From an uncultured Gemmatimonadota bacterium (GTDB taxonomy: Bacteria > SM23-81 > DAOVCL01): a stretch of DNA of 64,000 nt. Shown piece after piece: positions 39,377 through 49,002 of the stretch; the first letter of the stretch is position 1; every line of letters begins with the position of its first letter. The notes under the pieces were generated by a model. That model was not told where the DNA came from, did no database searches, and saw only the letters and a program-made list of their open reading frames with translations. The stretch covers positions 1 through 64,000 of the forward strand of contig CAZVGK010000011.1 of assembly GCA_964626665.1 (NCBI GenBank), written 5' to 3'. Made by a program: the position numbers and the translations under genes.

Positions 39377-41506
39377 ATGATGGAGGCTGCGATATGCCTC
39401 CTTCTTTCAGTTGTGTTGGGGACGATCGCGATAATTCCTAAGGTAACGGCCCAGCCGATACCCGAAAAGAGGATTCTGCATCCTGAAACAAGGAGGGAGA
39501 CGGTTGTAGATACCTTGCACGGCACAATAGTAAAGGATCCCTATCGTTGGCTGGAGCAGGGCGACTCACCGGAAGTAAAAGAGTGGGAGGATACACAGGA
39601 TGGCCTTACCCGCTCGAGATTGGACTCTTTGCCGATACGAAAAGAAGTATTGGCCAGACTCAAAGAATTATGGACTTATCCAAACCAAGGTGTACCAAGC
39701 AAATACGGGGAGCGGTATTTCTTTTGGAGGACAGACGGTGTGCAGGAACGTTGGGTCTTCTGTGTGCAGGAAAGCTTGGGTGGTGAATCTAAGGTGCTCA
39801 TCGATCCGAATGGCTTGAGTGAGGAGAAAACCATCTCCCTGGATTATGCCCAGCCATCAGAGGACGGTGAATGGGTAGCTTATGGATTATCGGAAGAGGG
39901 GACTGAAAATCCTGTGTTGCGCATACTTGATGTCAACACGGAGGAAATCTTACCCGATAGTCTGGGTGGTTGGCGTCAGGGAGGGGTTTCCTGGGCCCAC
40001 GATAATAAGGGTTTCTTCTACTGTAGGTATCCCACACCGGGAAGTGTCCCCAAAGGTGATGAGGTCTATTATCGAAAAGTTTACTATCATCGGTTGGGTG
40101 CGCCAACGAGTGAGGACTCTCTTATATTTGAATATCCGGAAAAGAAGGAGGTCTGGTGTGGTGCTTCGGTTTCAGAAGACGGACGCTATCTAACAGCCTA
40201 TGCAAACCTCGGTGGTAAGAATGAGCTCTATATTAAAGATCTTTCCAAAGGTGGGGATTTTGTTCCCATTGTTACTGGTTTCAAAAACAGCTATTGGGGC
40301 TCGATAATAGAGGGCAAGCTTATATTGCAGACAGACTGGAACGCACCTCATAATCGTGTGTTTAGTGTAAACCTAAACAATCCTGCACGCAAAAAGTGGA
40401 TTGAGATTATACCAGAGCAGAAAGATGTTCTCAGATACTGTAATCCGATTGCCGGAAGGTTATATACCGTATACTCCCATAATACCTACACAAGATTGAA
40501 GATCTATACTCTGAGAGGAGAGTATGTAAGGGAACTAAAACTGCCCACACTTGGGGCCGCAGGAGTCCACGGTCGCTGGAGAGATAAAAATATCTTCGTC
40601 ACCTTCTCTTCATTTGCCTTTCCACCTGTAATCTATCGATACGATTTTAAGAGAGACACCCTTGAGGAGTTCTTCCGTCCACCCATAAGGGCTGATGTCT
40701 CAGACATCGTAGTAAAGCAAGTCTGGCACAAATCTAAGGATGGCACACAGATCCCGATGTATGTGATTCATAATCGTGGTATCGTGCTTGATGGAACAAA
40801 CCCAACTTTGTTAACGGGATACGGCGGCTTCCGCATCAGTATGAGGCCACAGTTCTCCTCTAATTTGATTTTTTGGCTGGAGAAGGGTGGGGTCTATACC
40901 CTACCCGGAATACGCGGTGGTTATGAGTTTGGAGAGCAGTGGCACAAAGCAGGGATGTTGGATAAAAAGCAGAATGTGTTCGATGACTTTATCGCCGCTG
41001 CAGAATGGCTTATTAAAAATGGGTACACCAATCCTGAGAAACTGGCCATAAGCGGAGGGAGCAATGGCGGCCTTTTGGTGGGCGCTGTGGAGGTGCAACG
41101 GCCGGAGCTCTTTAAGGCAGTCATCTGCCAGGCGCCCCTCTTGGATATGTTGCGTTACCACCTCTTCTCGGTAGCCCGTTACTGGATTACCGAATATGGC
41201 AGCGCAGAAGACCCAAAGCAATTCAAATACCTCTTGGCATACTCCCCCTATCACAATATGAAGGTAGGGGCGAGGTATCCGGCCACTCTACTTGTCGCTG
41301 GAACAAAGGATGCCCGAGTTGACCCCATGCACGCCAGGAAAATGACGGCCAGGCTACAGCACGCCACAACAGGGGATGGCCCCATACTCCTTTCCCTGAG
41401 GCGAAAGTCCGGTCACGGCGTGGAGATGGCCAAAAGCAGGGCGATGAGCGAGGAGGCAGATGTCTGGACATTTCTCATGTGGCAATTGGGTATGATAAGG
41501 GATTGA
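39377..41506 (+). CDS. Prolyl oligopeptidase (S9A) with signal peptide
   Basis: DPYRWLE, GYGGF, GGSNGG (Ser), DARV (Asp), SGHG (His). Confidence 0.93.
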   Translation: MMEAAICLLLSVVLGTIAIIPKVTAQPIPEKRILHPETRRETVVDTLHGTIVKDPYRWLEQGDSPEVKEWEDTQDGLTRSRLDSLPIRKEVLARLKELWTYPNQGVPSKYGERYFFWRTDGVQERWVFCVQESLGGESKVLIDPNGLSEEKTISLDYAQPSEDGEWVAYGLSEEGTENPVLRILDVNTEEILPDSLGGWRQGGVSWAHDNKGFFYCRYPTPGSVPKGDEVYYRKVYYHRLGAPTSEDSLIFEYPEKKEVWCGASVSEDGRYLTAYANLGGKNELYIKDLSKGGDFVPIVTGFKNSYWGSIIEGKLILQTDWNAPHNRVFSVNLNNPARKKWIEIIPEQKDVLRYCNPIAGRLYTVYSHNTYTRLKIYTLRGEYVRELKLPTLGAAGVHGRWRDKNIFVTFSSFAFPPVIYRYDFKRDTLEEFFRPPIRADVSDIVVKQVWHKSKDGTQIPMYVIHNRGIVLDGTNPTLLTGYGGFRISMRPQFSSNLIFWLEKGGVYTLPGIRGGYEFGEQWHKAGMLDKKQNVFDDFIAAAEWLIKNGYTNPEKLAISGGSNGGLLVGAVEVQRPELFKAVICQAPLLDMLRYHLFSVARYWITEYGSAEDPKQFKYLLAYSPYHNMKVGARYPATLLVAGTKDARVDPMHARKMTARLQHATTGDGPILLSLRRKSGHGVEMAKSRAMSEEADVWTFLMWQLGMIRD

Positions 41507-41980
41507 GGGAGGAGCGGGGATCTGCGACTAACACCGAATGATACCGAAAAGTGAACCGCTCCACCCACAGGGCAGGGCAGCGAAGACATTTTCCTCCCCC
41601 TTGCCCTGTGTAGTAAGTTTCACGACTACACGGGGCGAGATGGGGGAGGACTAAGGAGAGGGTGAGAATTGGCTCCGCTTTCCCCCTCACCCTAACCCCC
41701 CCAGAGGAGAGGGAACCAGTAGGCTTCATGAGGCAACTCCTTAAAATTTGTGTCAAGTTTTACAGCCAGCAATTGTAAATTGTCCCGATGGATCGGGAAA
41801 ATTATCCAAATGAAAGCCAAGATGTAGATTCAACAGGATGGAAGCAACAATAAATATTGCTTTTACACTTTGCAATTTTCGATTTGAAATTCGAAGCTTT
41901 GCCCAGTCTATGCTGCCACAGCCAGATGATTTGCCCGTCCCGAGCCGGGAAGGCGAAGCTTCGCTAGCCAAGAGGTCAAA

Positions 41981-42598
41981 ATGAGAGCATGGCTTCCTCC
42001 CCTTTTGTTTGTTATCGCCATAGTAACCAATGGCTGTTTTACCAACTTCCAGACCGCAAAGACGGTGGAGGGAACCAGCCTGACCGTTGGCTGGCAGAGG
42101 ATCCAATGGGAGGATCGTTGGACGGATTATTATGTATTTATGCCCAGGTTTGGCCGGGCGGCAAGAAGAGGTAGATTTGGGTATGATGTAGGGATCAGGG
42201 CTGTGCTCATATACAATCCGGAGAAGAAAGGGAACCCTCTGGGCCCTACTTTATTAGAGGATTTCAAATTGCAATTCCCCAAGAACAGGATTGCTGACCT
42301 GGCGGTTGATACTGAGTTCTGGGGAATCTTCCCTATGAATCTATCGGTTCTGCTCAGCAAGGACCTCTGGGGTAGGGTGACACCATATTGTGAATTCGAG
42401 GCCAAGGGGATCCTGTTGAACCTCCATTGGGAGGAAGACTGGACCGTCTATATGCCCAGTTTGGTCTATGGTCTGGAGTTAAAGCTCTCCAGGAACTCTT
42501 CTATCTATGTAGAGGGGGAGAGATGGTTAAGAGAGGGACTGGAGAAGAACCTTCTCTTTGGAGTAGCATTTAGGAGGCATATCTCCACAAAGCGATGA
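41981..42598 (+). CDS. Putative lipoprotein / outer-membrane beta-rich protein
   Basis: Signal peptide ending TNGC; alternating aromatic strands. Confidence 0.6.
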   Translation: MRAWLPPLLFVIAIVTNGCFTNFQTAKTVEGTSLTVGWQRIQWEDRWTDYYVFMPRFGRAARRGRFGYDVGIRAVLIYNPEKKGNPLGPTLLEDFKLQFPKNRIADLAVDTEFWGIFPMNLSVLLSKDLWGRVTPYCEFEAKGILLNLHWEEDWTVYMPSLVYGLELKLSRNSSIYVEGERWLREGLEKNLLFGVAFRRHISTKR

Positions 42599-42693
42599 GG
42601 CCTGCCATTTTAAACGAAAGGGAGATAGACCAACCTGAAGGTCCTTCCTGATTCCTGCCCCTTGACCGGCCAGATCCAACCGCTCAGTTAAAC

Positions 42694-43626
42694 CTAATGT
42701 GAAGAGCGGAAGGAGTCAACAGTGGCCCGCAGCCCCTTCTCCAGGTCTGTGTGGAGCTCCCAACCCAAGATAGCTTCAGCCTTCTGCGGGGAGAGGATGG
42801 ATGCCTTGAGGTCTCCCGGGCGCGGGGGAAGATACTCCATCTCCCCCTGGTATCCTATTATCTTGATAAGCCTCTCACAAAGGTTTTGCGTGGTTGTTCC
42901 TATGCCCGTGCCGATGTTGATTGTCTGGCCATCCCCCTGGGAAAGGGAGAGTAAATTAGCCTCCACCACATCACCGACAAAGACATAATCCCTGATGCAC
43001 CCTGGATCCCCTATCTCTTCCCGGCCGTTTATCTGGGGGGAGAGACCGGCCAGGAGACGGTAGGAGAAGATGGCTACCACGCCTGCTTCCCCAAAGGGAT
43101 CCTGGCGCGGGCCATAGACATTAGCATATCTGAGGACGGTATATCTTAATCCGGCAAGCTGGCCAAAGGCCTTCAGGTAGTATTCAAAGGAGGTTTTAGA
43201 GACCGCATAGGGGGAGAGGGGGGCAGGCTGTTCCCCCTCCTGGTGGGGGTGTAGGTCCTCCCCATAGATTGCCCCTCCAGTGGAGGCGAAGATCAACTTC
43301 TTCACCCCATAGCTCAGGCAGTTTTGCATTAAATTCAGGGAACCAAGGATGTTTACCTGAGCATCCCTGAAGGGATCATCCACAGAGACCTTTACGCTGG
43401 CCTGGGCGGCATGGTGGTCCACTGCCTCCGGTTTCTCCTTTTCAAAGACCTCTTTTAAACTAGGATCCCTGATGTCCACCTGATAGAAGCGGGCAGCCGG
43501 ATTCAGGTTCTTCCGTTTCCCGGTAGAGAGATCGTCCACCACGGCAACCTTATGCCCCCGGGCAATAAGCCCATCCACGAGATGGGAGCCGATAAACCCT
43601 GCCCCTCCGGTGACCAGTATCCTCAT
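42694..43626 (-). CDS. NAD-dependent epimerase (UDP-glucose 4-epimerase-like)
   Basis: VTGGAGFIGSH, HHAAQ, STGGAIYG, YAVSK, NVYGPRQ. Confidence 0.93.
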   Translation of the reverse strand: MRILVTGGAGFIGSHLVDGLIARGHKVAVVDDLSTGKRKNLNPAARFYQVDIRDPSLKEVFEKEKPEAVDHHAAQASVKVSVDDPFRDAQVNILGSLNLMQNCLSYGVKKLIFASTGGAIYGEDLHPHQEGEQPAPLSPYAVSKTSFEYYLKAFGQLAGLRYTVLRYANVYGPRQDPFGEAGVVAIFSYRLLAGLSPQINGREEIGDPGCIRDYVFVGDVVEANLLSLSQGDGQTINIGTGIGTTTQNLCERLIKIIGYQGEMEYLPPRPGDLKASILSPQKAEAILGWELHTDLEKGLRATVDSFRSSH

Positions 43627-44636
43627 GGGGATTGATATTTAGTGGTAAAGGTCTGCATAATTAGGTCCAGTTGTCTCAGGTAAGGCTCCTTCTTTATCCC
43701 CGGAGCAAAGAGGGCACCGTCCACTATGTACCGCCTCTTGCTCTCCCGATCCCAAAAACAGTAGAGCCTAAACGGCCCCCCGGCCACTAATTGGGGGTTC
43801 TGCCAGGTCCCCCAAACCTTCCAACCCCTGTGTCCATTTAAGCTAACGCGCCGCCACCCTAAGTAACTGGAGACTACCTCCTCCCCTTGATAGTAGGTCC
43901 TCCCTATCTCGTTCTTCTTTTTAATAACCCATTGGGGGGTAAGGATGCTGTCCTCGCTCTCCTCCCACCAGATGGATATCCATCTGTCAGGCACCTTCTT
44001 CAACAACCAAACAAACCCAGGGGCCTCGCTTCTCAGGGAGAAGCCCCAGGGGATTCTCAGATGCCAACCCCATTTCTGGAAGAGCTCCTTCTCCAATTTT
44101 TTCTGCTCGCCCTTCTTGAACAGCCAAACCATTGTCTTTTCGTTGAGGGCTTTCTCCATAACTCGAAAGACATCCTCTTTGCCCTCAGCGAGTTTCTCCC
44201 TGAGGGCCAGGTAGGTGGGGGCGGTAAGTATCACAAGTTCCTGATCTTTGGCCCAAACATCCCTCTTGGCGAAGAGAAAGGCCCTTCCCTCCTCAACCAT
44301 CTGGCGGGCCTGGGGGCTTAAAAGGGAGTTGATCTCCTGGGCTGCCGGCCCCACTGAGTTTAAAGGGGAGATAAGGAGGAGATTTCTTGACTTCTTATAA
44401 AGGTCAAACTTGGCCTGGGCGATTTTCCTTACCGTAAAGACATTTTCCTCCTGGGGGGTGCGGACCTTCCTCTCGAATATCTCCTGCAGCAGGGGATAGA
44501 CCATCTCCCAATCCTCTGGGTTGGCCAAGACCATAACCTCATGGTCTGAACCAATTCCAGGAGGAAGAGGGGAACATCCCCCAGAGAGGAGAAGAAGGAG
44601 AATTGGCATAAAAAGGGCTCTTCTCATAGGCCGCAT
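43623..44636 (-). CDS. DUF4837-like lipoprotein
   Basis: LLLSGGC lipobox, RTPQEE, DVWAKDQ, GTW..AGGPF, APGIKKEPYLRQL; GGGAG RBS before 44636. Confidence 0.7.
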   Translation of the reverse strand: MRPMRRALFMPILLLLLSGGCSPLPPGIGSDHEVMVLANPEDWEMVYPLLQEIFERKVRTPQEENVFTVRKIAQAKFDLYKKSRNLLLISPLNSVGPAAQEINSLLSPQARQMVEEGRAFLFAKRDVWAKDQELVILTAPTYLALREKLAEGKEDVFRVMEKALNEKTMVWLFKKGEQKKLEKELFQKWGWHLRIPWGFSLRSEAPGFVWLLKKVPDRWISIWWEESEDSILTPQWVIKKKNEIGRTYYQGEEVVSSYLGWRRVSLNGHRGWKVWGTWQNPQLVAGGPFRLYCFWDRESKRRYIVDGALFAPGIKKEPYLRQLDLIMQTFTTKYQSP

Positions 44637-44810
44637 TTGGCTCCCTTCAGTCACTCTGAAAGCGGGTTGGATAAATCCGACCCCTACAAAAACTGATGCT
44701 CCGCTGTCACCCTTGAAGTCCCAACCCACGGTCGGGACTTCAAACAACCCCCAATTATAACTGGTCAAACCCTGCTTGTCAACAAAAAAGCCGTTCCTCA
44801 ATGGAACGGC

Positions 44811-46013
44811 TCAATCCCTGCTTAGTTTCCGCCTGAGCGTTTCTATCTCCTTCTCCAATCTATCCAGCCTCTGCCTGAGTTTCTCCGAGGAGAACTCCTC
44901 CTTTAACCAGTCCAGATCGGGAAACTGGAAGTCCTTCCATATTTTCTCCTTACCGATCCGGGAATACTTCGGCCTCTTTCCTATCTTAACTCTTACCGGT
45001 TTCTCTTTCCCATCCCTGATGATGAGGAGGTTAACCTCTTCCCCGGGAGAGGTGGAGGTAACCATATCCCTGAGCTGAGCGGAATTCTTGACCTCTTCTC
45101 CCTGGTATCTTACAATTATATCTCCCCTCATTATCCCTGCCTTCTGGGCAGGGCTCTCATCGACTACATCGGAGACCAAGACCCCCTTCTTCACCCTAAA
45201 ATGCTCGCTCAAAGCAGGGGTAAGGTTCTGGATGATCACCCCCAACCATCCCCTTTCCACCTTACCCTCCTTGATCAACTGGGTAGCCGCCGCCAGAGCC
45301 TTGTTTATGGGAATGGCCAGAGCCATCCCCTGGTAGGGGAGAACAAAATGGGGAAGGGGAAGATCGGTTGACCTCTTCACCTTAGAGTAAGGGGTAACCC
45401 TTCCTAAGAAATGCGATTCTGTCGATCCTGAGGCCGTGCCGGTGACTATCCCTACCAACTCACCGTCTGAGTTTAAGATCCCCCCCCCGCTGTTCCCCGG
45501 GGAGACGAAGGCGCTTAGCTGCAGGAGACCATCCTCCCTTCTCCCGCTAAAAAGGCCAAGGGAGACCGAGGGGGCAAGGCCGAATGAGTTGCCCAGAACG
45601 ATGACCCAGGAACCTGGCTTGAGTTTTGCCGAGTCGCCTATTTTGGCCGATATAAGCCCATCGGCCTCGATCTTGAGAACGGTGAGATTTGATTCAGCAT
45701 CTGAGCCCACCAGTTTTGCCTGATAGCACTTCCCATTCCAAAGGGTAGCCTCCACCTTTTGGTCCTCACCAACCACATCCCCGGTGGTCAGTATGTATCC
45801 TTCCTTCCTGATGATCACACCGGAGCCCACATCTTTTTGCGGGCCAAACCCATCCCTGGTGGAGATGCTCACCAGGCTGGGCCGAGCCCCCTGAACGATG
45901 GACTTTATCTCCTTTTCCAGGGGCTTAAGGACTGACCCATCTGCCCGGAGGAGAGGAATTCCCATACTCCATAGAAAGAGCAGGGGAATGAGGAACTTCC
46001 CCAATCTTCTCAT
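44811..46013 (-). CDS. HtrA/DegP-like trypsin + PDZ protein with degenerate catalytic triad
   Basis: GSGVII, PGNSGG, RGWLGV, SPAQKAG; His site reads LTTGDVV and Asp site reads SNLTVL. Confidence 0.85.
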   Translation of the reverse strand: MRRLGKFLIPLLFLWSMGIPLLRADGSVLKPLEKEIKSIVQGARPSLVSISTRDGFGPQKDVGSGVIIRKEGYILTTGDVVGEDQKVEATLWNGKCYQAKLVGSDAESNLTVLKIEADGLISAKIGDSAKLKPGSWVIVLGNSFGLAPSVSLGLFSGRREDGLLQLSAFVSPGNSGGGILNSDGELVGIVTGTASGSTESHFLGRVTPYSKVKRSTDLPLPHFVLPYQGMALAIPINKALAAATQLIKEGKVERGWLGVIIQNLTPALSEHFRVKKGVLVSDVVDESPAQKAGIMRGDIIVRYQGEEVKNSAQLRDMVTSTSPGEEVNLLIIRDGKEKPVRVKIGKRPKYSRIGKEKIWKDFQFPDLDWLKEEFSSEKLRQRLDRLEKEIETLRRKLSRD

Positions 46014-46025
46014 CTCTCTTCCCTC

Positions 46026-46562
46026 CTAAAATGAGGTAGCTTCCACCTGTGGCCGATTGGATATCACCGGGAGGATGTATCTTGTCCTCCCCTCGGAAAG
46101 GCTATCCTCTGGGGGCTTAAACCTCTCCAGGCTTATTCCCGCCTCCCTGGTCTGGTAATCGGATCCAGTCCCTAATAGCTGGTTAGCCGAAGGGTGAATG
46201 TTCACTATGTCCGCCTCTGAGATAAGATAGCTCCTTCTCTGAGGTGGGCGGGAAAGGAAGAGGTAACCGGCGGCCACCAGGAGGAACAGGGCGGCCAGGG
46301 CGGAAATCGGGGAGAAAACCCAGCCCCGACTCCTCGGGGAAGATTCCCTCCTCAGTTGGCCCCAGAGCCTGGCCTCAAATCCCGCGGAGGGCTCCACCAT
46401 CTCCAAATCCTTTAATCTACCCACAAGCGCCCTCATCTGGTGCATCTTCTCCCTACACCTGCTGCAGCCAGCGAGGTGAGCCTCCACCTCCTCTGCGACG
46501 GCCTGATTTAGGGTTCCCTCTATGTAACCCGAAAGTAACTCCTCCAACTCTTTACAATTCAT
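46026..46562 (-). CDS. Zinc-finger (HxxxCxxC) anti-sigma factor
   Basis: MNC..LLSGYIEG..HLAGCSRC followed by one TM helix. Confidence 0.88.
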   Translation of the reverse strand: MNCKELEELLSGYIEGTLNQAVAEEVEAHLAGCSRCREKMHQMRALVGRLKDLEMVEPSAGFEARLWGQLRRESSPRSRGWVFSPISALAALFLLVAAGYLFLSRPPQRRSYLISEADIVNIHPSANQLLGTGSDYQTREAGISLERFKPPEDSLSEGRTRYILPVISNRPQVEATSF

Positions 46563-46622
46563 AGGCCTTCCTCCTTCATTAAGTAGTTCTTCTGTTTAAA
46601 GTGGCCTTCTGCATGCCACTCC

Positions 46623-47204
46623 TTAACTAATGTAGTCATCCAATATCTCCCTCAGCTTCAGCCTGGCCCGGTTAATCCTCGATTTTACCGTGCCCAAAGG
46701 ACAACCAACTATCTCGGATATCTCCTCATAGGAAAACCCTTCCACATCCCGCAAAACCAAAGGCACCCGATAATTTGGCTTCAGTTTCCCGATTCCTTCC
46801 TGAATCTTTTGGCCCAGCTCCTTCTCCAAAAGCGCCTTGTCGGGGCTCCTTTTGATAGAGGAAAGCCTTTCCCCCCGTAGTCGAGTAAACGAGATAGGAT
46901 TAAAGATGCTCCTCCTCCTTAACTCGCTTTTGGCCAGATTAGATGCTATGGTATAGAGCCAGGTAGAGAACTTGGCAAGGGGGCGATACCTTTCCCTGTG
47001 GCGATAAACCCGGATGAAGACCTCCTGGGCTATGTCTTCCGCCTGGTCGAAGTCCCCCACCATCCGGTAGACAAAATTGATAATCTTCAGCTCATACCTT
47101 TTGACCAAGACCTCTAAGGCATAATCATTTCCCCGGGCCAGGTGGAACATAAGTTCCTCATCTGGTATCTTAGTCCTTCTCTGAGGTGAAAGATTCTCTC
47201 TCAT
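46623..47204 (-). CDS. ECF sigma factor
   Basis: AEDIAQEVF, FSTWLYTIASN, SYEEISEIVGCPLGTVKSRINRAR. Confidence 0.95.
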   Translation of the reverse strand: MRENLSPQRRTKIPDEELMFHLARGNDYALEVLVKRYELKIINFVYRMVGDFDQAEDIAQEVFIRVYRHRERYRPLAKFSTWLYTIASNLAKSELRRRSIFNPISFTRLRGERLSSIKRSPDKALLEKELGQKIQEGIGKLKPNYRVPLVLRDVEGFSYEEISEIVGCPLGTVKSRINRARLKLREILDDYIS

Positions 47205-47215
47205 CTTTAAACTTT

Positions 47216-47241
47216 AAACTCCTTGAAAAATTAAAAGTTCC
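47216..47241 (-). promoter_or_regulatory. Possible autoregulatory ECF promoter
   Basis: GGAACT-N16-GTTT just upstream of the sigma gene. Confidence 0.4.
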
Positions 47242-47648
47242 CTAAGGCGAGTCCCTTTATATATAATATCGGCATAAAAGGAGGGGAAATCAAGGATAAA
47301 AAGGAGTCTTGTAACAGTTCACTGGGCCCAGAAATTAGATGTTAGGCGCCCATCAGTCATCGGTTGCCAGTTGTTACCGATTTCTCCCTATGCTCCTTGT
47401 GGATGTTATCATCCACAAGGGAAGTGGAATGTGGGAAACATCTCCTGATGCCGGTAATCGAGGTCTGGAGACCTCTCCCACAATTCAAAGGGGCCACTGG
47501 CGATGGTTCTGAATGTTATGATCCAATTTGGATTACTATAAGTTCATAGTAAGAGAAGGCTATGAACCCAGAGAGATTCGCAATCATCGCTTCGGAAATG
47601 TAAGTGCTTTGGAATTTAGGGTAGTTAGTCGGAACTCACGAGACTGGG

Positions 47649-47882
47649 TTAACAGATCACGATTGTTTAAGAGCCCAACTACCCAGGATCGAAATGAAAT
47701 ATTGTTCGGATGGACGGTTGAGAGTCCATAAGAAGGGAACGAAGGGAAACAATCCAAGTCCTGACGAATCAGATGCTCTGATGCTGGCATTCTTGGAACT
47801 TGGGAAAAGGAAAGTCAAATTTCACTATGAAGGTGGTGGAGGATTGGGAGATGACTTCTGGGATGATATAGAAGAAGATTAG
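47649..47882 (+). pseudogene. Terminase large-subunit-like C-terminal remnant (copy 1)
   Basis: QLPRIEMKYCSDGRLRV..SPDESDALMLAF resembles the TerL SPDxxDAL motif; in-frame stop upstream. Confidence 0.45.
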
Positions 47883-47932
47883 GCACTACGGGACTCAAAT
47901 CACGGCGTATAATGTCTCCTATGTGTGTCTAT

Positions 47933-48619
47933 CTATACCCCTCCATTCGGCTCTCCCTGTTGCCCCTGAATCCCAGAACTACCTGAAGGATGGAACTGCC
48001 AAGACTTGTTGCGCATATCGGCCATCTTTTCAGCCGATTCGTGAATGTAACTCCTGCGTTCCTGTGCTCGCAAAATCTCAAGGATTTCTTCTAGTATTTC
48101 CCGATCCCCTCTAATTAGTTTACTGTCTTCTATTGCTTTGTCTGCAATCGTCTTGAGTTTTTCTTCTAAGTCCGGCCAGTACCGATCAAAAACGCAATCC
48201 AGAGTCTTTTCAGGAAGCGCACGTTCACCCACTTTCTCTAACGTTTGATTTATTGTGCGCGCCAGCAGTCGGATATCTTCTTTTTCAAATTTTGTGTGTT
48301 CAAATTGAGCGAGCGGGGGTTCTATATCTGCTGGTGTCAACTCAAGCAAGAATGTGCATACATGTGCACCTTTAGGTTTTGATAGTGCCCCTACCTCAAA
48401 CAGAATCCAAGGCGCATTAAGATTTTCTTTAGTCAAGCAAAAGATGCCGAATTTTGACTTTTCAAACTGATCTGCTAGCTCTGAGTTCCAACGAACCCCT
48501 TTCTCCATGTTAGGCGACATCCATGGCTCAACAGCTTGGATAGTTTCTCCTAACCAGTCGTGTAATGCTTCAGCAGTTTCTTTGCTTCTGCTACCCGACC
48601 AACATAATAGGACTTTCAT
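47933..48619 (-). CDS. TIR domain protein
   Basis: KVLLCWSG, EPWMS..KGVRW, IFCLTKENLNAPWILFEVGAL (catalytic Glu position retained). Confidence 0.85.
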   Translation of the reverse strand: MKVLLCWSGSRSKETAEALHDWLGETIQAVEPWMSPNMEKGVRWNSELADQFEKSKFGIFCLTKENLNAPWILFEVGALSKPKGAHVCTFLLELTPADIEPPLAQFEHTKFEKEDIRLLARTINQTLEKVGERALPEKTLDCVFDRYWPDLEEKLKTIADKAIEDSKLIRGDREILEEILEILRAQERRSYIHESAEKMADMRNKSWQFHPSGSSGIQGQQGEPNGGV

Positions 48620-48665
48620 ATCACTACCTCCATTGTTATATCACCAGTCCTTCATAGTATAGTGG

Positions 48666-48972
48666 AATTCTCTACTGTGTTAAGAACTTTTCTCGATAGT
48701 TAAGAAAAAATGAGTAAAGCTTATGAAAAAAATCGTAGAACATATTTTAGCAAATAAGTCAGTCAAGAAGCATATAGTCAGACCTCTAATGAAAGTCGTT
48801 GCTCAGGATAGAGAATACAACTATCCGAATTTCTACAGGTAAAATTTATTACTGGGAGCGTAAGATAGATTACAGATCATTGCGGTGAGCCGTAGCCCCG
48901 GATTCCCTCGCTCACGTTCGGGACAAGCCTGGCAATGACACTTGAAATACCAATGTGTAAACTATAATATGA
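48666..48972. repeat. About 300-bp diverged direct repeat (copy 2 at 54856-55224, short remnant at 58792-58810)
   Basis: Shared AAGAACTTTTCTCGA, AGACCTCTAAT, TCATTGCGGTGAGCCGTA and GCAATGACACTTGAAATACCAATGTG. Confidence 0.85.
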
Positions 48973-49002
48973 CTTGAGTAATACAAGGATAATCCTTATG
49001 TT

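Noticed and set aside
47495-47530. GGCGATGG as a fluoride riboswitch
   Set aside because: The complementary CGCC strand and downstream motif are missing, and no relevant gene follows.
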